A stretch of DNA of 36,884 bases from a virus. Taxonomy: Duplodnaviria > Caudoviricetes. Below the pieces are notes generated by a model. It was not told the origin of the DNA. It saw only the letters and a list, made by a program, of their open reading frames with translations, and made no database searches. Position numbers and translations under genes: made by a program. Location: the IMG/VR virus record IMGVR_UViG_3300034411_000408, positions 1 to 36,884 of that record; one strand, written 5' to 3'. Positions 1 through 9,452 of this stretch are shown piece after piece (the stretch's first letter is position 1; the number at the start of each line of letters is the position of its first letter).

Positions 1-105
1 GAAAGTGCCCAGCGGCGCGAGGTTGTCATCACTGAAGACGAGCCGATTGTCTGGGGGCTGGACGTTAGCCGCTTTGGCTCCGACCGCAGCGCGTTGTGTA
101 AGCGC
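1..105. repeat. Terminal direct repeat (circular overlap) with 36780-36884, 98/105 identical
   Basis: Direct comparison of both window ends. Confidence 0.95.
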
Positions 106-633
106 CGAGGGCGCGAGCTCATGGGCATCCAGACCTGGCAGGGCTTGGATCTGATGCAGCTGTGCGGGGCGGTTGTTGCTGAGTATGAAAGCCAGCAGCC
201 GCGAACGCGGCCTGTGCAGATCAACGTGGACTCGATTGGCCTGGGCGGCGGTGTGTGCGACCGCCTGCGTGAGCTCGGCCTGCCGGCTGTTGGCATCAAC
301 ACCAGCGAGAGCCCGAGCAGCAAGGCGACTTACATCAACCTGCGCGCTGAGCTCTGGTTTAAGGTCAAAGCCTGGCTAGAGGCCCGCGACGTGTCGTTGC
401 CCCAGGACGACGACCTGCTCGCCGAGCTCGTCAGCGCCAAATACAAATTCACATCAAGCGGCAAGATGCAGCTGGAGAGCAAAGACCAAATGCGTAAGCG
501 CGGGCTGCGCTCGCCTGACCTGGCTGACTCGCTTTGCCTCACGTTCGCCAGCGACGCAATGACGCTGAGCGGCGCGATGAGCGCTGCCAGCAGCTGGCAG
601 AAACCGCTCAGGCGAGGGCTGTCAATTACCTAA
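1..633 (+). CDS. terL: Terminase large subunit, C-terminal nuclease part
   Basis: Open from base 1: IVWGLDVSRFGSDRSAL...VDSIGLGGGVCDRL...NLRAELW...ESKDQMRKRGLRSPDLADSL, typical TerL nuclease motifs. Confidence 0.95.
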   Translation, partial: ESAQRREVVITEDEPIVWGLDVSRFGSDRSALCKRRGRELMGIQTWQGLDLMQLCGAVVAEYESQQPRTRPVQINVDSIGLGGGVCDRLRELGLPAVGINTSESPSSKATYINLRAELWFKVKAWLEARDVSLPQDDDLLAELVSAKYKFTSSGKMQLESKDQMRKRGLRSPDLADSLCLTFASDAMTLSGAMSAASSWQKPLRRGLSIT

Positions 634-634
634 C

Positions 635-673
635 TGGTAAAATTAATCCCCATAAAATCACCATATATGGGGG
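635..673 (+). promoter_or_regulatory. Putative late promoter 1: extended -10 plus NrdR-box-like palindrome
   Basis: TGGTAAAAT (635-643), 17 bp, CCATATATGG (661-670). Confidence 0.7.
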
Positions 674-678
674 CTCGC

Positions 679-804
679 GTGGCGCATACAGACCAAAAGA
701 CCTATCGACGCGGCCCAGGCGGCGTGCAAGACGCTGCGAATGACATCGCCAAGATGCTCTACAAAAAAGCGCCTGCCAAGAAGCCAAGCAAGAAGGGTAA
801 GTAA
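679..804 (+). CDS. Small Lys-rich protein (41 aa; alternative ATG at 667)
   Basis: GTG start after GGGGG; reads (M)AHTDQKTYRRGPGGVQDAANDIAKMLYKKAPAKKPSKKGK*; fills the terL-805 gap; below the ORF-track cutoff. Confidence 0.65.
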   Translation: MAHTDQKTYRRGPGGVQDAANDIAKMLYKKAPAKKPSKKGK

Positions 805-3246
805 TTGCCGAGCGCTTCAAACCTTGCTGGAGGCCTCCTTGGCCTGGGCGACAAATCTGCTCGCCTAGCTAGAGCTCGCGAGCAAGGCTTTGACGTAGAC
901 AACGTCTACTATCACGGCACCGACGCGGACATCGAATCGTTTGAAGTTCCCGCTACGGGGCTTTTTGTGTCTGGTTCACCTGACGTCGCCTCTTCTTACG
1001 TTGGCAATATGCGTGAGTTTGGCAATCCGAGCGCTCCTGTCGTTTATCCCGTCTTCATCAAAAAAGAAGGCTTTGCGCGCGTTACCCCATCGACGCCAGG
1101 GCAATTGTATGGTGATTTGCAATTAGACGGGATGACTATCGATGGCCAGGACGCGCGCAGTTTTCTGCAGTTAGGTGCCGACCGAGACATTACGTCCACC
1201 GACGAACTTACGAGTCTTCTCTCCGAAGATTACCCAGGCGTTATCATAGAGGGCATTGTTGATGTCGGCCCGAATGTTAAGTCGGGCACGCTGAGAAACC
1301 GCATGGATTATCTGGCGGAACAGGGCTATCCAGCGAACCCTTGGTATGCACCAAAGATGACGCAGCGAGAAAGACTGCGGTCAATGCTAGATAAGTCGGT
1401 ATACGCAAACGTGCCCGACGACCTAAGAAAACAGTCCAGAGAGGCAGCTGCTGCCAAATTGTTCGCACCCACTGATGTCGTTGTGGCGTTTGATGACACC
1501 GCAATTCGCTCAATCAACGCTAAGTTTGATCCCAAGAAATCGATTTCAGAGGACATACTGGCAAGCGCTCCGCTTGCACTAGCAACTGCGATTGGTGCGG
1601 CGGCGGTAGCGTCGCCACAAGACGCTGAAGCGAACGTGCTCACCGCCAGCCTGTCGCCCGTTCTGCGTGCCTCGATGGACGCCATGTTGCGCGGCGAAGA
1701 TTTGCCAAAGCGCGACATGAACAGGGTGAACAAGTACCTGCAGCAGATAGCAGACGATCAGACGGCTTTTGGCCGACGAGAACGCATGCGAATGCAGCCT
1801 GGCGCGTCGCAAGATGTCGATGTCCTGCAGCGCGACATCATCCTGCCAGAAGACCTCCAAGGCAGCGCTATGGTGCCCATACAGGGCGATCCAAGCATCG
1901 CTGGCTCAAGTCTATTGGACGTCGAAGGCGTCCCGCTAAGTGCTCCTGTGACGCTGCAGGGCGGCCCTAACTACGGTTTGATGAATTCCGATCTGAATAG
2001 TTTGTTGGGCTGGGCGTCAAGCAAAGGCGCTGCGCAAAAACTACAGAATCAAATTAATCGTGCTGCTGGCCTGAGCGATGACGTGCGCGGTGTCTTTGCC
2101 CGCATGGGCGACGAGTCAATGAAGTTCAATACGATGCTAGTCGAAAGCATGGTGCGTCAGATACCGGCGCTCGGGATCGCGAAGAAAGAGATCAATCGCT
2201 TTAACGCTGACATCAGAAAAAGCGTGCCGGATTTCGCTGGCGTTGAGACTGAAGAAGGCCTGGCACAGATGAAAGGTCTGGCACCGGCAAGTAAAAAAGG
2301 CGGAAAACGTGTTGCGCCTTCTGACCTGCGAAAGTTGGTCGTAAACAAAATGGACATGAAAAACGACTACGGCAGGGTCGGTTTTCCAAGCTACGAAGAC
2401 ACACTGCGCGCGATCACTGAACCGGAGTTGCGTGGACTACCGCGTGGTGAGTCTGGGTTCAGCACCATAAAAGCCTTCCCAGGTGCTGCTCTGCTAGACG
2501 ACGCCATGCACGACACCTACTCGCATGGCGTGAAAGGCATCTACGCTGGTGGCCTGCAAGAAAGCATACCGTTGCAGGTGATGTTTCCAGACCTGTACAG
2601 GGCAACCGACGACCTGCGAGTGACGTCAAAAGGCAGCAAGCGTTTGGGTCAGCCGCTTAACGAAACAGAGCGCACAGGCGCTGTGCTCTTGGGCGGTGGT
2701 GCGCAGAAAGCCGATCAGCAGTGGCTTGACGGCGTCATGAAATATCTTGAAGACAAAAAGAAGATGGGCCGTGCTGCAGCAATCGCGGCCGCTTTGTCTT
2801 CTGGCAATGCGATGGCGATACCGCCCGAAGACATAGACATACAAAACGAGATCGATGCCCGCCGTGCCGGCGGCAGAAAGTATCGCCGCGACAACCCGCC
2901 AAGCGGACTGCTTGCGGCAGAAGCGCAAAGCCAAGCCTTACCGCGCGCTGCAGAAGCAGGCCAGGGCTTCGTATCTGGTTTGTTGAGCGGCATAGACACC
3001 TTTGTGCAAGGCATGGCCGCACCAGATCCACGCGCCGCGATCGCGTCTCCGCAAGGCTACGGCCAGCAAATGGATAGGTTTATCCAAAACCAACAATTAC
3101 CGCCGGCGCAGAACCCAAACTCCATGATGAGCACGCCTGCAATGCGCGGCCTGCTAGACCAGCAATACATGGAAGACCCAGCCGAGCGCGCTGCTTTTCG
3201 CGCGCCGTTTGAGGCATTTGGCGGCCTACTGGCACCAGGAATATAA
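805..3246 (+). CDS. Large multidomain (polyvalent-type) protein with N-terminal ADP-ribosyltransferase-like (ART-PolyVal-like) domain
   Basis: YYHGT...F...GLFVS..PDVASSY...VVYPVFI and VVAFDDTAIRSINAKFDP motifs; Ala-rich linkers separate a second unknown domain. Confidence 0.6.
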   Translation: MPSASNLAGGLLGLGDKSARLARAREQGFDVDNVYYHGTDADIESFEVPATGLFVSGSPDVASSYVGNMREFGNPSAPVVYPVFIKKEGFARVTPSTPGQLYGDLQLDGMTIDGQDARSFLQLGADRDITSTDELTSLLSEDYPGVIIEGIVDVGPNVKSGTLRNRMDYLAEQGYPANPWYAPKMTQRERLRSMLDKSVYANVPDDLRKQSREAAAAKLFAPTDVVVAFDDTAIRSINAKFDPKKSISEDILASAPLALATAIGAAAVASPQDAEANVLTASLSPVLRASMDAMLRGEDLPKRDMNRVNKYLQQIADDQTAFGRRERMRMQPGASQDVDVLQRDIILPEDLQGSAMVPIQGDPSIAGSSLLDVEGVPLSAPVTLQGGPNYGLMNSDLNSLLGWASSKGAAQKLQNQINRAAGLSDDVRGVFARMGDESMKFNTMLVESMVRQIPALGIAKKEINRFNADIRKSVPDFAGVETEEGLAQMKGLAPASKKGGKRVAPSDLRKLVVNKMDMKNDYGRVGFPSYEDTLRAITEPELRGLPRGESGFSTIKAFPGAALLDDAMHDTYSHGVKGIYAGGLQESIPLQVMFPDLYRATDDLRVTSKGSKRLGQPLNETERTGAVLLGGGAQKADQQWLDGVMKYLEDKKKMGRAAAIAAALSSGNAMAIPPEDIDIQNEIDARRAGGRKYRRDNPPSGLLAAEAQSQALPRAAEAGQGFVSGLLSGIDTFVQGMAAPDPRAAIASPQGYGQQMDRFIQNQQLPPAQNPNSMMSTPAMRGLLDQQYMEDPAERAAFRAPFEAFGGLLAPGI

Positions 3247-3248
3247 CG

Positions 3249-5333
3249 ATGGCTGAACTATACGACGACGAAGAATTCATCGAAGAAGACATGGGCATGG
3301 GCGACGAAGAGATCCAGGCCGCAATCACGCTCGCCATCGAAGATGCCGTGGACTTCATCGACAACACCATCTCGCCCCAGCGCGCTGAGGCAGCGGAATA
3401 CTACGCCGGCGAACCCTTGGGCAACGAAGAAGAGGGCCGCAGCACCGCTCAAACGATGGACGTGCGCGACACTGTGCAAGCGATGCTGCCGTCTCTTATG
3501 CGCATTTTTTGTGGCTCTGACCACGTTGTGGAATACGCACCGACCGGCCCTGAAGACGTGGAGATGGCCAAGCAGGCGACCGACTACGTCAATTACATAC
3601 TGAACCAGGATCAAGACCAGAGCTATATCGAGATCATCTACGCGACGATGAAAGACGCGCTGGTGAAGGGCTCTGGCTTCATCAAATACTGCTACGACGA
3701 GTCAGAGAAGACTCAGAGCTACGAGCTCGAGAACCTGGACGACCAGGCTTTGGCTGCGCTCAACAGCAACCCTGACGTCGAGATCGACATGCTGAAAAGC
3801 ATGACGTCGAGCGACAACCCCGAGGCGATGCACTCGGTTCGCGTCACGCACCGCAAGAAAGTTGGCAAAATCAAAGTCGAGTCGGTGCCCCCCGAAGAAA
3901 TCGTCATCAACCGCAATGCCCGCGGCCTGGAAGACGCTGACCTGGTCGCGCACCGCGCGTATTTGACCATCAGCGACATGGTCGAGCTCGGCTACGACGC
4001 TGACGAGATTGAACAATACGCTACCACCAGCGACACAGACTTTGAGCTCTTTAACGTCGAGGCACGCGAGCGCTACCAGCAGAGCTCGTTTGAAAACTCT
4101 GAAATGGTGCGCCGCGTTCTTTACGTCGAGGCATACGCCAATATCGACACAGACGGGGATGGAATTGCCGAATTGCGACGCATTTGCTGCGCTGGGCCCA
4201 ATTACGAAATCCTGCGCAACGAGCCGACCGACATGGTGCCGTTTGCGTTTTTCTGCCCAGACCCAGAGCCGCACGCCATGTTTGGCATGTCGATCGCTGA
4301 CCTGACGATGGATATACAGCGGATCAAAACTGCCGTGCTGCGAGCAAGCCTCGACAGCCTGGCGATGAGCACGCACCCGAGGGTGGGCATTGTCGAAGGC
4401 CAAGCGAGCCTCGAAGACGTGATGAACAACGAAGCCGGCGGCGTGATCCGAATGCGTCAGCCTGGCGCGGTTGTGCCGTTCAATTTGCCCTTCGTTGGCA
4501 AAGAAGCCTTCCCGATGCTCGACTACCTCGACCAGATGCGTGAGAACCGCACAGGCGTCTCTAAGGCGGCTGACGGGCTTGATCCAAGCGCTTTGCAAAG
4601 CAGCACGCTGATGGCCGTACAACAGACGATTGGCGCTGCTCAGCAACGCACCGAGATGATTGCCAGGCTGTTCGCCGATGGCGGCATGACGCGGCTCTAC
4701 AAGGGCTTGCTGCAGCTGATCATCAAGCACATGGACAAGCCGCGGATGATCAGGCTGCGCAACACGTTTGTGCCCATGAGCCCTGATCGCTGGAACGCCG
4801 ACATGGACGTTGTCAGCAACGTGGCGCTAGGTAAGGGCGGCGACGTAGAGCGCATGCAGATGCTGCAGCAGATCGCAGACAAGCAAGAGCAGTTATTGCA
4901 GCAGCTGGGCCCAGAGAACCCACTGGTTAGCGTCGAGAACTATTACCAGACCTTGGTGCAGATACTCGAAGTGGCTGGCTTCAAAGACCCGCAGCGCTTC
5001 TTCAAAGACCCAAGCCAGCAGCCGCCAACACCACCAGCGCCACAGGAGCCACCTATTGAGGCGCAGCTGATCCAAGTACAGATGGCCGAGATCAACGCAA
5101 ATATTGAAAAGAAAAAAGCAGAGTTAGAGCTCGAACGCGAAAAGATGATCCGAGAGGACGACCGCCGGCGCGACAAAGACGAGGCCGACATTGTGCTCAA
5201 AGCAGCGGAGATGAACGCCCGCTATGGCGCGCAGGTCGATGTGGCGTCAATACGCGCCAACTCAGATCGCGACCGCGAGCTCGTAAAACAGCTGGCCGCT
5301 CAACAGCAGGTGCCGAATGGCCCTATCGCCTAA
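3249..5333 (+). CDS. Portal protein (P22-like podovirus type)
   Basis: 694 aa near terL; YYAGEPLGNEEEGRS...DVRDTVQAMLPSLMRIF...KDALVKGSG; C-terminal coiled coil. Confidence 0.92.
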   Translation: MAELYDDEEFIEEDMGMGDEEIQAAITLAIEDAVDFIDNTISPQRAEAAEYYAGEPLGNEEEGRSTAQTMDVRDTVQAMLPSLMRIFCGSDHVVEYAPTGPEDVEMAKQATDYVNYILNQDQDQSYIEIIYATMKDALVKGSGFIKYCYDESEKTQSYELENLDDQALAALNSNPDVEIDMLKSMTSSDNPEAMHSVRVTHRKKVGKIKVESVPPEEIVINRNARGLEDADLVAHRAYLTISDMVELGYDADEIEQYATTSDTDFELFNVEARERYQQSSFENSEMVRRVLYVEAYANIDTDGDGIAELRRICCAGPNYEILRNEPTDMVPFAFFCPDPEPHAMFGMSIADLTMDIQRIKTAVLRASLDSLAMSTHPRVGIVEGQASLEDVMNNEAGGVIRMRQPGAVVPFNLPFVGKEAFPMLDYLDQMRENRTGVSKAADGLDPSALQSSTLMAVQQTIGAAQQRTEMIARLFADGGMTRLYKGLLQLIIKHMDKPRMIRLRNTFVPMSPDRWNADMDVVSNVALGKGGDVERMQMLQQIADKQEQLLQQLGPENPLVSVENYYQTLVQILEVAGFKDPQRFFKDPSQQPPTPPAPQEPPIEAQLIQVQMAEINANIEKKKAELELEREKMIREDDRRRDKDEADIVLKAAEMNARYGAQVDVASIRANSDRDRELVKQLAAQQQVPNGPIA

Positions 5334-5547
5334 TTCGCTTTTAAACATTCAACGCTTGGCGGACGACGAAGACTTCGCCGAGCTCATCAAGATGCTAAGG
5401 CTCGATTACTTCGAGTTGTGGTGCAAGGAACGTGACCCCGCGATGCGGGAGCGCTTACATCAAAAACAGGAAGCTCTCGACGATATTGTTGTGCGGATGC
5501 GCGCAGCAGCCGACGAGATTGCTTTCGCAAAACAGCGGAATAACTAA
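5317..5547 (+). CDS. Small hypothetical protein between portal and scaffold
   Basis: Overlaps portal stop; its stop overlaps the scaffold ATG. Confidence 0.75.
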   Translation: MALSPNSLLNIQRLADDEDFAELIKMLRLDYFELWCKERDPAMRERLHQKQEALDDIVVRMRAAADEIAFAKQRNN

Positions 5548-6569
5548 TGAGTGATAAAATAAGTAATGAACAAACCCCATATATGGGGGGCACCTTGGGC
5601 GACGCTCAGGCTGCCATCGCTAAATTGATGGAACCCGCAGCAGGGCAAGCCGAAGATTCAAGCGACGTTGACGAGTCCCTGGATGACGGGGGCGAGGCAT
5701 TAGAAGGCGCTGAGTTTGAAGAATCCGAAGAGGAATTCGACTCAGAAGACGACGATGCCGACGACTTGGATGACGACTACGACGAGGACGAGGGCGAACC
5801 AGAGCAAGCCGATACCTTCACTGTAAAAATAAACGGTGAAAACGTAGAGGTTAGTTTGGATGAGCTTCAGAACGGTTACTCGCGCCAAGCCGACTACACG
5901 AAGAAGAGCCAGACTTTGGCGGAAGAGCGTAAGGCTTTCCAACAAGACCGAGACGCGGTTCTTCTTGAGCGGACACAGTATTCCCAGCTATTGGGAGCTT
6001 TGCAGCAGCAGCTAACGGCTTTTGACGAGCCAGCCCCGGACTTCGATCGTATGTATGAGGAAGATCCGATTGAGGCAAGTCGCCTTGAGCGACAGTACCG
6101 ACAGCGGAGCGAGCAGCGAGCGCAAAAAATGCAAGCCATTGCTATCGAGCAGCAGCGTGTGAATGACGCCAACGCTCAAGAGCAAACGGAGCAAATGCGC
6201 GGGCTAATTACTCAGGAAGCAGCCCGACTGCCTGACGTCATTCCAGAATGGAAAGACGAGAAGGTAGCGAGCCGCGAACGCGAAGAGCTAAAGAGCTACT
6301 TGCTCGATAGCGGCGTTGCGGAAGAGGAGCTTGGCGCACTTGTGCGCGCTAGCCATATCGCAGTATTGCGAAAGGCGATGCTCTTCGACAAAGGCCAGAG
6401 CAGGGTGCGTAAAGCACGCAAGGCTGGCCAACAGGGCAAGACAGTCAGGTCAGGATCTCGTCAACAGCAGGTGAAGCCAAGCGCTCGCAAAACTAAAGCC
6501 GCGTATCAACGTCTCAAAGAGCGAGGCACTGCAGAAAATGCAGCCTCATTGATTGAATCTCTTTTATGA
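5547..6569 (+). CDS. Capsid scaffolding protein
   Basis: Acidic N-terminus, FTVKINGENVEVSLDELQNGYSRQADYTKKSQ motif, coiled coil, directly upstream of the capsid gene. Confidence 0.9.
   Translation: MSDKISNEQTPYMGGTLGDAQAAIAKLMEPAAGQAEDSSDVDESLDDGGEALEGAEFEESEEEFDSEDDDADDLDDDYDEDEGEPEQADTFTVKINGENVEVSLDELQNGYSRQADYTKKSQTLAEERKAFQQDRDAVLLERTQYSQLLGALQQQLTAFDEPAPDFDRMYEEDPIEASRLERQYRQRSEQRAQKMQAIAIEQQRVNDANAQEQTEQMRGLITQEAARLPDVIPEWKDEKVASREREELKSYLLDSGVAEEELGALVRASHIAVLRKAMLFDKGQSRVRKARKAGQQGKTVRSGSRQQQVKPSARKTKAAYQRLKERGTAENAASLIESLL
5552..5589 (+). promoter_or_regulatory. Putative late promoter 2 (inside scaffold 5' end): extended -10 plus palindrome
   Basis: TGATAAAAT (5552-5560), 16 bp, CCATATATGG (5577-5586). 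Confidence 0.65.
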
Positions 6570-6581
6570 AGGCTTTAACTA

Positions 6582-7550
6582 ATGACCATTATTGCTAACA
6601 CTTTTCTAAAGTACGACGCCAAAGGCGTGCGGGAAGACCTCTCTAACATTATCACTATGATCTCTCCTGAGACTCGGCCCTTTATGAGCAACATGACCAA
6701 GAGTCGCTCAGTCACAAACACATTCTTTGAATGGCAGACTGATGATCTTGGCGCAGCTGCAGCTAACCATCATTTGGAAGGCGACGATTTAGCCGCGTTC
6801 ACCGCAGTAACTCCAACAACTCGTTTGGGTAACTACACGCAGATCAGCCGCAAAGACTTCATCGTGTCCGACACAATGAGTGCGTTAGATTTGGCGGGCC
6901 GACGGGCAGAAGTTGCCTACCAGATCAGCTTAGCGGGCAAGCGTCTTGCTAACGATATGGAACATAACCTTTGTGGTTTGAACCATGCAGCTGTCGCTGG
7001 TAACAGCACGACCGCGCGTAAGACTGCGCCTTTGGCTGCATTCATCAAGACCAACACGTCTCGCGGCACAAACGGTGCAGATCCAACTGTATCTGGTGGT
7101 GTCGTAAATGCTGGGGCTACTGATGGCACTCAAAGAGCCATGACCGAGCCCATGCTAAAAACAGTCCTGCAAGGCATCTTCACCAACGGGGGCTCGCCTA
7201 AGTTTGTGATGGTTGGCCCTCACGTTAAGACAGTGATCTCTGGCTTTGCCGGCATTGCTGCTCAGCGCTACATGGCTCCAAGCGATGGGCCCAGTACTGT
7301 GGTTGCTGCGGCTGACGTGTATTTAAGCGATTTTGGTTCGGTTTCTATCGTTCCCTCTACCAAGAGCCGAGCTCGCGACGCTTACGTCATCGACCCAGAT
7401 ATGTGCGAAGTGGCAACGCTTCGCCCAATCCAAGCTGAAGAGTTAGCGAAGACGGGAGATGCTCAAAAATTCCTGACCTTGAGCGAGTACGGCTTGGTCG
7501 TCACTCAAGAGGCTGGTCTGGGCGTCGTGGCTGATCTATTAACTAGCTAG
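6582..7550 (+). CDS. Major capsid protein (DUF5309/SU10-like)
   Basis: GVREDLSNIITMISPETRPF...EWQTDDL...RLGNYTQISRK...LAKTGDAQKF. Confidence 0.92.
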   Translation: MTIIANTFLKYDAKGVREDLSNIITMISPETRPFMSNMTKSRSVTNTFFEWQTDDLGAAAANHHLEGDDLAAFTAVTPTTRLGNYTQISRKDFIVSDTMSALDLAGRRAEVAYQISLAGKRLANDMEHNLCGLNHAAVAGNSTTARKTAPLAAFIKTNTSRGTNGADPTVSGGVVNAGATDGTQRAMTEPMLKTVLQGIFTNGGSPKFVMVGPHVKTVISGFAGIAAQRYMAPSDGPSTVVAAADVYLSDFGSVSIVPSTKSRARDAYVIDPDMCEVATLRPIQAEELAKTGDAQKFLTLSEYGLVVTQEAGLGVVADLLTS

Positions 7551-7559
7551 GACTAATCA

Positions 7560-7886
7560 ATGGAAATAAAACGCAACCTGTCTAACGATGCCACAACCGG
7601 CATCAAGTCAGACTTCGTTTACGAAGCCGGCGAGACGCTGAAAGACGACAAAATCACTATTGCGACATCGCAAGACGTGACGGCAATCGTTGAGGCCAAC
7701 AAGCGAGCTCGTAACGAAATGGATCGACACCAAAAACATGGTGAGTGGTCGAAGGTTGCGTCCATTCCATTGAGTGTTCTGTACGACCTAAAAGCGAAAG
7801 GCATTGCCGACGATCCTAAAAAGATGAAGGCATGGCTCAACGACCCAGATAACCGCGCGTTCCGCACGCGAGACGCGCGAATCTGA
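7560..7886 (+). CDS. Hypothetical protein following the capsid gene
   Basis: SQDVTAIVEANK...VASIP...WLNDPDNRAFRT; AGGA RBS; operon-coupled. Confidence 0.8.
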   Translation: MEIKRNLSNDATTGIKSDFVYEAGETLKDDKITIATSQDVTAIVEANKRARNEMDRHQKHGEWSKVASIPLSVLYDLKAKGIADDPKKMKAWLNDPDNRAFRTRDARI

Positions 7887-8512
7887 TGGCGATCGCAACG
7901 TACTCACAGCTCCAAGCGAGCGTAGCCGATTGGCTAAACCGCACGGATTTGACGAGTGCTATAGGTGACTTTGTGGCTTTGGCGGAATCGCAGTTTAACC
8001 GCAGCATCCGCCATCGCTACATGATCACTCGGTCACAAGCGACAATTGACAGCGAATACAGCGCAACACCGGCAGATTGGATACAGACGGTCAGTCTGAT
8101 CTTAGAGACGAACCCTGTGACGCAGATGGAGTTTGTCACAAACGAGGCGCTTAACGCGCTGAAGGCGAGCAGTAGTGCAACGGGCACGCCATCGAGTTAC
8201 AGCCACGTTGGCACTGAGATCCAGGTCTATCCAGCGCCTGCAAACACGGCCTCTGGCTACCAGGCAGAGCTCGTTTACTACGCCAAGATTCCGGCGCTTT
8301 CTGACACGAACACATCAAACTGGCTGCTGACGCACAACCCAGACATCTACCTGTACGGCACGCTGTTACAAAGCGCACCGTATCTGCAGAACGACGAGCG
8401 CATCACGGTTTGGGCAAGCCTTTACCAGCGAGCAATCGATGACCTGGAAGTGAGCAACCAACGAACAGCTGGCCAGACCAGCGTCAAAATGAGGGCAGCA
8501 GCACTGCAATAA
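7886..8512 (+). CDS. Head-tail adaptor / tail tubular protein A-like
   Basis: YSQLQASVADWLNRTDL...FVALAE...SNWLLTHNPDIYLYGTL; synteny. Confidence 0.8.
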   Translation: MAIATYSQLQASVADWLNRTDLTSAIGDFVALAESQFNRSIRHRYMITRSQATIDSEYSATPADWIQTVSLILETNPVTQMEFVTNEALNALKASSSATGTPSSYSHVGTEIQVYPAPANTASGYQAELVYYAKIPALSDTNTSNWLLTHNPDIYLYGTLLQSAPYLQNDERITVWASLYQRAIDDLEVSNQRTAGQTSVKMRAAALQ

Positions 8513-8514
8513 AC

Positions 8515-8895
8515 ATGGCATTTACCAATTATCTCGAAAACAAAGTCTTAGATTATGTGTTCAGCGGCGGCAGTTTTAGCCAGCCTGGCACCAAGTACCT
8601 GGCGCTTTACACGGTTGCACCGACTGACAGTTCGGCTGGCACCGAGGTCACCGGCGGCGGGTACGTCCGGCAAACCGTGACTCTGACGACGAGCGGCAGT
8701 GACACAACGAACAGCGGCGCGGTGGAGTACGCAACAGCGACAGCTGGGTACGGAACGGTTGTCGCTGTAGCGGTCTTAGACGCGAGCTCTGGCGGGAACA
8801 TGCTCGCTTATGCCTCGCTTACAGCAAACAAAACGATCGGGGTCGGCGATGTTTTTCGCGTGCCGGCCGGCGACTTAGATATCTCCCTTAATTAA
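8515..8895 (+). CDS. Small virion structural protein (fibre-associated)
   Basis: MAFTNYLENKVLD...YLALYT..P.D...GTEVTGGGYVRQ...DASSGGNML. Confidence 0.75.
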   Translation: MAFTNYLENKVLDYVFSGGSFSQPGTKYLALYTVAPTDSSAGTEVTGGGYVRQTVTLTTSGSDTTNSGAVEYATATAGYGTVVAVAVLDASSGGNMLAYASLTANKTIGVGDVFRVPAGDLDISLN

Positions 8896-9452
8896 TGAGC
8901 CAGGGGTGGTCTAATGGCAGCTGGAACCAGGGCAAATATGGCGTTTGGTCGTATCAAGATTGCGCAGCTAGCGCGACTGCTACAAGCGGCGCGACAGCGT
9001 CTGCAGCAGTCGTCACAGATGCTCAAGTCGCTATCGGTGCTGTTTCTGTTTTTACCGCGAGCGGTGATCGCATCGAGCCAGGAACTGCGTCGGCGTCTGC
9101 AACGAGCAGTTTCACAGCTGAAGCTGTCGTTGTCTCAACTGGCCCCGCGTCTACTGCTGCTACGTCAACAGCTACGGCAATCGCTCAGCGAGTGTCTGAA
9201 AGCGCTGCTCACGTTTCTGCGGCGTCTACGGCAAGTGCTGCAGCTGTCATGGTCGCGAGCGCGTCAGCGAGTATTGCGGCTGCTTCATCAATCGAAATCA
9301 TTGGTGGAGTCGTTCATAGCGCGAGTGCGGCGACAATTGCAGTCTCTACGATCAGTGCTGTCGGCGAAATTAAGTGGCAAACGCAACCAAGCGCAAGCAC
9401 CAACTACACAAAACAATCCGCCGCCAGCACAACCTGGCAACGGGCAGCGTGA
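8895..9452 (+). CDS. Ala/Ser/Thr-rich virion structural protein
   Basis: Trp-rich N-terminus then periodic A/S/T repeats; coupled to neighbours. Confidence 0.7.
   Translation: MSQGWSNGSWNQGKYGVWSYQDCAASATATSGATASAAVVTDAQVAIGAVSVFTASGDRIEPGTASASATSSFTAEAVVVSTGPASTAATSTATAIAQRVSESAAHVSAASTASAAAVMVASASASIAAASSIEIIGGVVHSASAATIAVSTISAVGEIKWQTQPSASTNYTKQSAASTTWQRAA

Noticed and set aside
1-105. DGR template/variable repeat pair
   Set aside because: Differences are synonymous and not adenine-specific; no reverse transcriptase in the genome.
3702-4730. 342-aa antisense ORF in the portal, and similar shadow ORFs elsewhere
   Set aside because: Expected antisense open frames in GC-rich coding DNA; no motifs or RBS.
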